The notes beneath the pieces are model-generated. The model did not search any database and was not told the DNA's origin. It saw only the letters and a list, made by a program, of their open reading frames with translations. Position numbers and translations under genes: made by a program. Shown piece after piece: positions 60,602-64,000 of a stretch of 64,000 nucleotides of DNA. The stretch's first letter is position 1. Every line of letters starts with the position of its first letter. Origin of the DNA: Lingula anatina (Eukaryota; Animalia; Brachiopoda); contig CM120643.1 of NCBI GenBank assembly GCA_051362555.1, positions 29,640,848 to 29,704,847 of the forward strand, given 5' to 3'.

Positions 60602-63600
60602 ATTTTCGAGCATGTGCAATCGTGCTGGTAAATCATCGGAAAGTGTGACTAAGTATTCTTGTATTTTTGCGTGTGTGCGCTCCTGCAAGCTTTCGCGTGA
60701 GTGTTGCGGAGCGGTAGAGGCGGTTTGATGTGGGTATGTGCGTGTTTGCGTACGTGTGGGTGTATGATCTGTGCACTCATCTGTATTCCTATGTGTGTGT
60801 TGTTATGTGTGTGTGGTGGGGGGGGGGGCGGAGTGGGGGTTGGCAACAGAACACGTGCGTGTGACCCTGTGTTTACGTGTTTGTGAATGTGTGTATTTTG
60901 TGTTTGATAATAACTATATCAATATTTGGGAAATGTATCTATTTTTATTTAATATGAAAAACAACTTAAGCAAAAGAACTAAAACGATTCTGAATCAAAC
61001 CTGATGTAAACAGCACCAGAACTGCACCTGTCTTGATGTGAATTGCCGGTGAATTGCAAATGTGATCGCTGAGTGTATTCTTGTGTTCTACCTCTCGCCT
61101 ACATACAAGCGGTGAATGTACAATGTCCATTTATCAAATATGACTTGCATAAAGAATCCAGCGAAAGCGACATATGCCAGGTAATGGTATTCCATTGGAG
61201 ATGTAATAGAGAAAATGGAACCAGGGTTCTTCTCAAGGGTAAAGCTCTGACAGCAATGTTCGTTGGATAATGGGGTGTAATTTCACGTTGTAAGTTGCAT
61301 TACTTCGCAACGGGCACAACAAACTATTAATTGTCCAATGCCGAATCGTGGTCTGAACATTAGCCACTTCCTATTCAGACTCTTAAGGTTTTTTTCTATC
61401 CTTAAGAGCATAAAATACTGCGTAATTGAATCAAACCTTTTATTTAATCGACGCAAATGTACAGTGCCCCTCACAGGCACCGAGTTAGCCGCATTTCAGC
61501 TTTTATTTCACAAAAATAAAAACAAAAACTGCGCCATTTGATTCCCAAGGATTATAGATGGGATTCTGCAACATTACCGTCCATTACTTGCTACAAAGCA
61601 GCTTTTTTCTGATATATCGTAATTAAAATATCATGCGCTAAACGAATTATTGTCGTTTTCCTTGTTTGAGGAGTCAAACTTTATCAATCACTTTCCATTA
61701 TTGAAACGATTCTGTCTTAGGATCCATGATATCGAACCTGAAAGCTTAAATGATGAAAGAAAAGTTGACCCATAAGAGGGAAAACACTTCCATGAAATGA
61801 CGCCACGACCTCTTTGTCGTGGTCGTTTCGATAGAGTTCCGAAAAGTTCCCAGGATCTGCGTCATCAGTGACATTTCATGGGTTTGTGTTCACATCCGAA
61901 ATCTTCAATAATTCATACCTCGCACTAAGCCGTGACCTCGTATCAAATCCTTTCACAACTTACTTGAGAGGTTTGGACGGGATGTTTAAGTCACTGTTGA
62001 TGTCTTGAGATTATACCAGTACTAATCCTGGCGTCTGCGAAACTGTGTGATTTGAGTGTGCACACAAACACACGGCATTTTTGTTTTCAAGTAAATATGC
62101 TTGTTAGTTAGATGTTGTTTGGTCAGCCCTTTAAGTCATCCAATACGTCCCCAAAAAGTCAAGTTCACATTTTTGACATTTTGACATTACGTGTCGCTGA
62201 AGGTGGGTTATGAATTTATTCTTAGGAACCGATAAAGGTAGAGAATTCACGTGCAAAATAAGATTGTGATGGAGTTGTTGCACAGAAAGAGAATATTATT
62301 GTATTCAGGAGCCAAGCTAGGTGTTTCGTGTCACCTGATATGTCACGTGACATGGCTGGGGGGGGGGGAAGGGGTTGATGTTTTTATATCGTAAATCGTT
62401 TTGATTAGTGAAATATATTGAACTGATTAATAAAAGGGAGGAAATATAAAAAAACAATTTTACATTTAATTTTTAATTCGAAGCAAGACGCCTCCGGCGA
62501 TATTCAGTGTGCACATGGTCATTTTCACATTGAATGATTTATCATAACTCAAGCATACCATGTGAAAAATATAGGGCGGGAGTAGAAAAGATAATGTCGA
62601 ATACTAAGACCACTTAGACTCTTTTAATTACAGTTTGTTATTTCTCATAGAGACACATCACCAGGATAGCAATTTGCAACAAAAATCCGCATACGTTCGC
62701 TTAAATATTCCATTATTTCTCGAACTCTTTGGAAACTCACCCTATAACCATCTGCATATATTGCAGTTTCAGGTAAAACCCTGGGTTTGAGAGAAAACTA
62801 ACCTCTGTTGTTAGCGTTCAACTTCCGTTCCCAATTGCCTCTGAAAGTCAGGGTTGGCGTGCATTACCCGAGATGATGTTGCGATACTAGAAGCCTCCCG
62901 CAGTCATCAAAACAATTTCAATACTCCTGGCTACGATATCCCCTATCCATCATGATCAGAAAAATATGTTACTTGTCTTCCCCTGCAAGGGAATACAATC
63001 CTGGTCGTAGATCCTTTGATCCTCTGCTTTATTGCCTCGTTTCAACCGATGGCCGCTGGAAAGCCGGAGCAATAGTAATTAGTTTAAGCACGCAGTACGC
63101 TGATCGCGCTCGAGAATACAAAATCCCTCGTTCAGTACCGTTCCGTGGTAGTACAAGTCAATTAAATCCCTATATCATGGTCTGCTTCTGCTGGGCAATT
63201 GCTGTCATTGTGGCTTTCTACGGTCATCTCTTTGGCTTGGAGATTGAAAGGGTTCTGAATGCCGCATCGAACTGAGGGAATTGTGCAGTGATCGTTTTTT
63301 TCTTTTTCTTTTCTATTTTCATCAACCGACGGAGAGTCAGTAAGACACGATACAATTAAGCAACAGGCACTTAAAATTACTAGACAGTAGCTTAGAGCTA
63401 CAAAAACCAATTGCTTTGAGCGATAATTCGGTGCTTAGAACAATACGTTTAGTTGGAAGTAATTTCTGCAAAAACGCATTTCAAGCTAAATTAGATTTTT
63501 TACAGATTATTTCCAATGGGAGTTTTCTTCACTCAAATTCAGACCAAAACATGTGATGTAGAATGGATAATAATATGTCGTCCAGGGATAGAAAGTGTTT

Positions 63601-63709
63601 TTTTACCATCTGGAAAAAGTCTGTGCCTCTTTCTGGTGTTGGAATTTACCCAGGCAACGATGTGAAATAGTTGAATGCATCATTTTATAGCTACTTGCTG
63701 TTTTTTACG

Positions 63710-63740
<31 letters not shown>

Positions 63741-64000
63741 TACTAAAACATTGGGTTCACTGATGCAGGTCTACGACTACAGATAAAATAACAATGTGTT
63801 CGTTCTCACGGAACATTCCAATTTCGTTTTCTAGTCCAAAAAGTTCAACCAATATAGGGACTATGGGACATCATATTATTCATTAGAGATAGACAATTTA
63901 TGACAGTAACTTTGTTAGATACGCTTTATTACCTATAACTAAGCTAATTACGGCACTCCGTACTTTTATTCTACTTCCCCAGCTAATCTTTGTCCAATTT

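Noticed and set aside
58000-64000. Additional gene or RGK upstream exon (for example ORF 62952-63275)
   Set aside because: No homology or reliable splice pattern was recognised. A non-coding exon cannot be excluded without RNA data.

Overview
AT-rich animal genomic DNA with GT-AG introns and microsatellites; an invertebrate, plausibly a mollusc or other lophotrochozoan (inference). 1-9342 is the 3' part of an apparently young Ty3/Gypsy LTR retrotransposon: gag zinc-knuckle tail, -1 frameshift site, uninterrupted PR-RT-RH-IN pol, an extra two-zinc-finger ORF in the env position behind a strong splice acceptor, a PPT, and a very long (4758 bp) candidate 3' LTR. The LTR holds about 20 copies of a 100-bp unit built from three hairpins and a GC-rich structured segment. 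The element interrupts a Helentron/DINE-like repeat. 13468-32459 (+) holds 31 coding exons (about 2380 aa, N-terminus outside the window) of a SVEP1-like extracellular protein (CCP/HYR/GCC/23 EGF/pentraxin/TSP1), whose TSP1 exon is preceded by a tandem array of copies of its own splice acceptor. Then follow PYURF/preY (-) and POP4 (+) head to head, and an RGK-family GTPase (-) with an atypical P-loop, plus MITEs, LINE/SINE relics and a minisatellite. The best candidate for an undescribed system is the Gypsy zinc-finger accessory gene paired with the LTR hairpin array. All coordinates were read by eye; no database search or folding was run.
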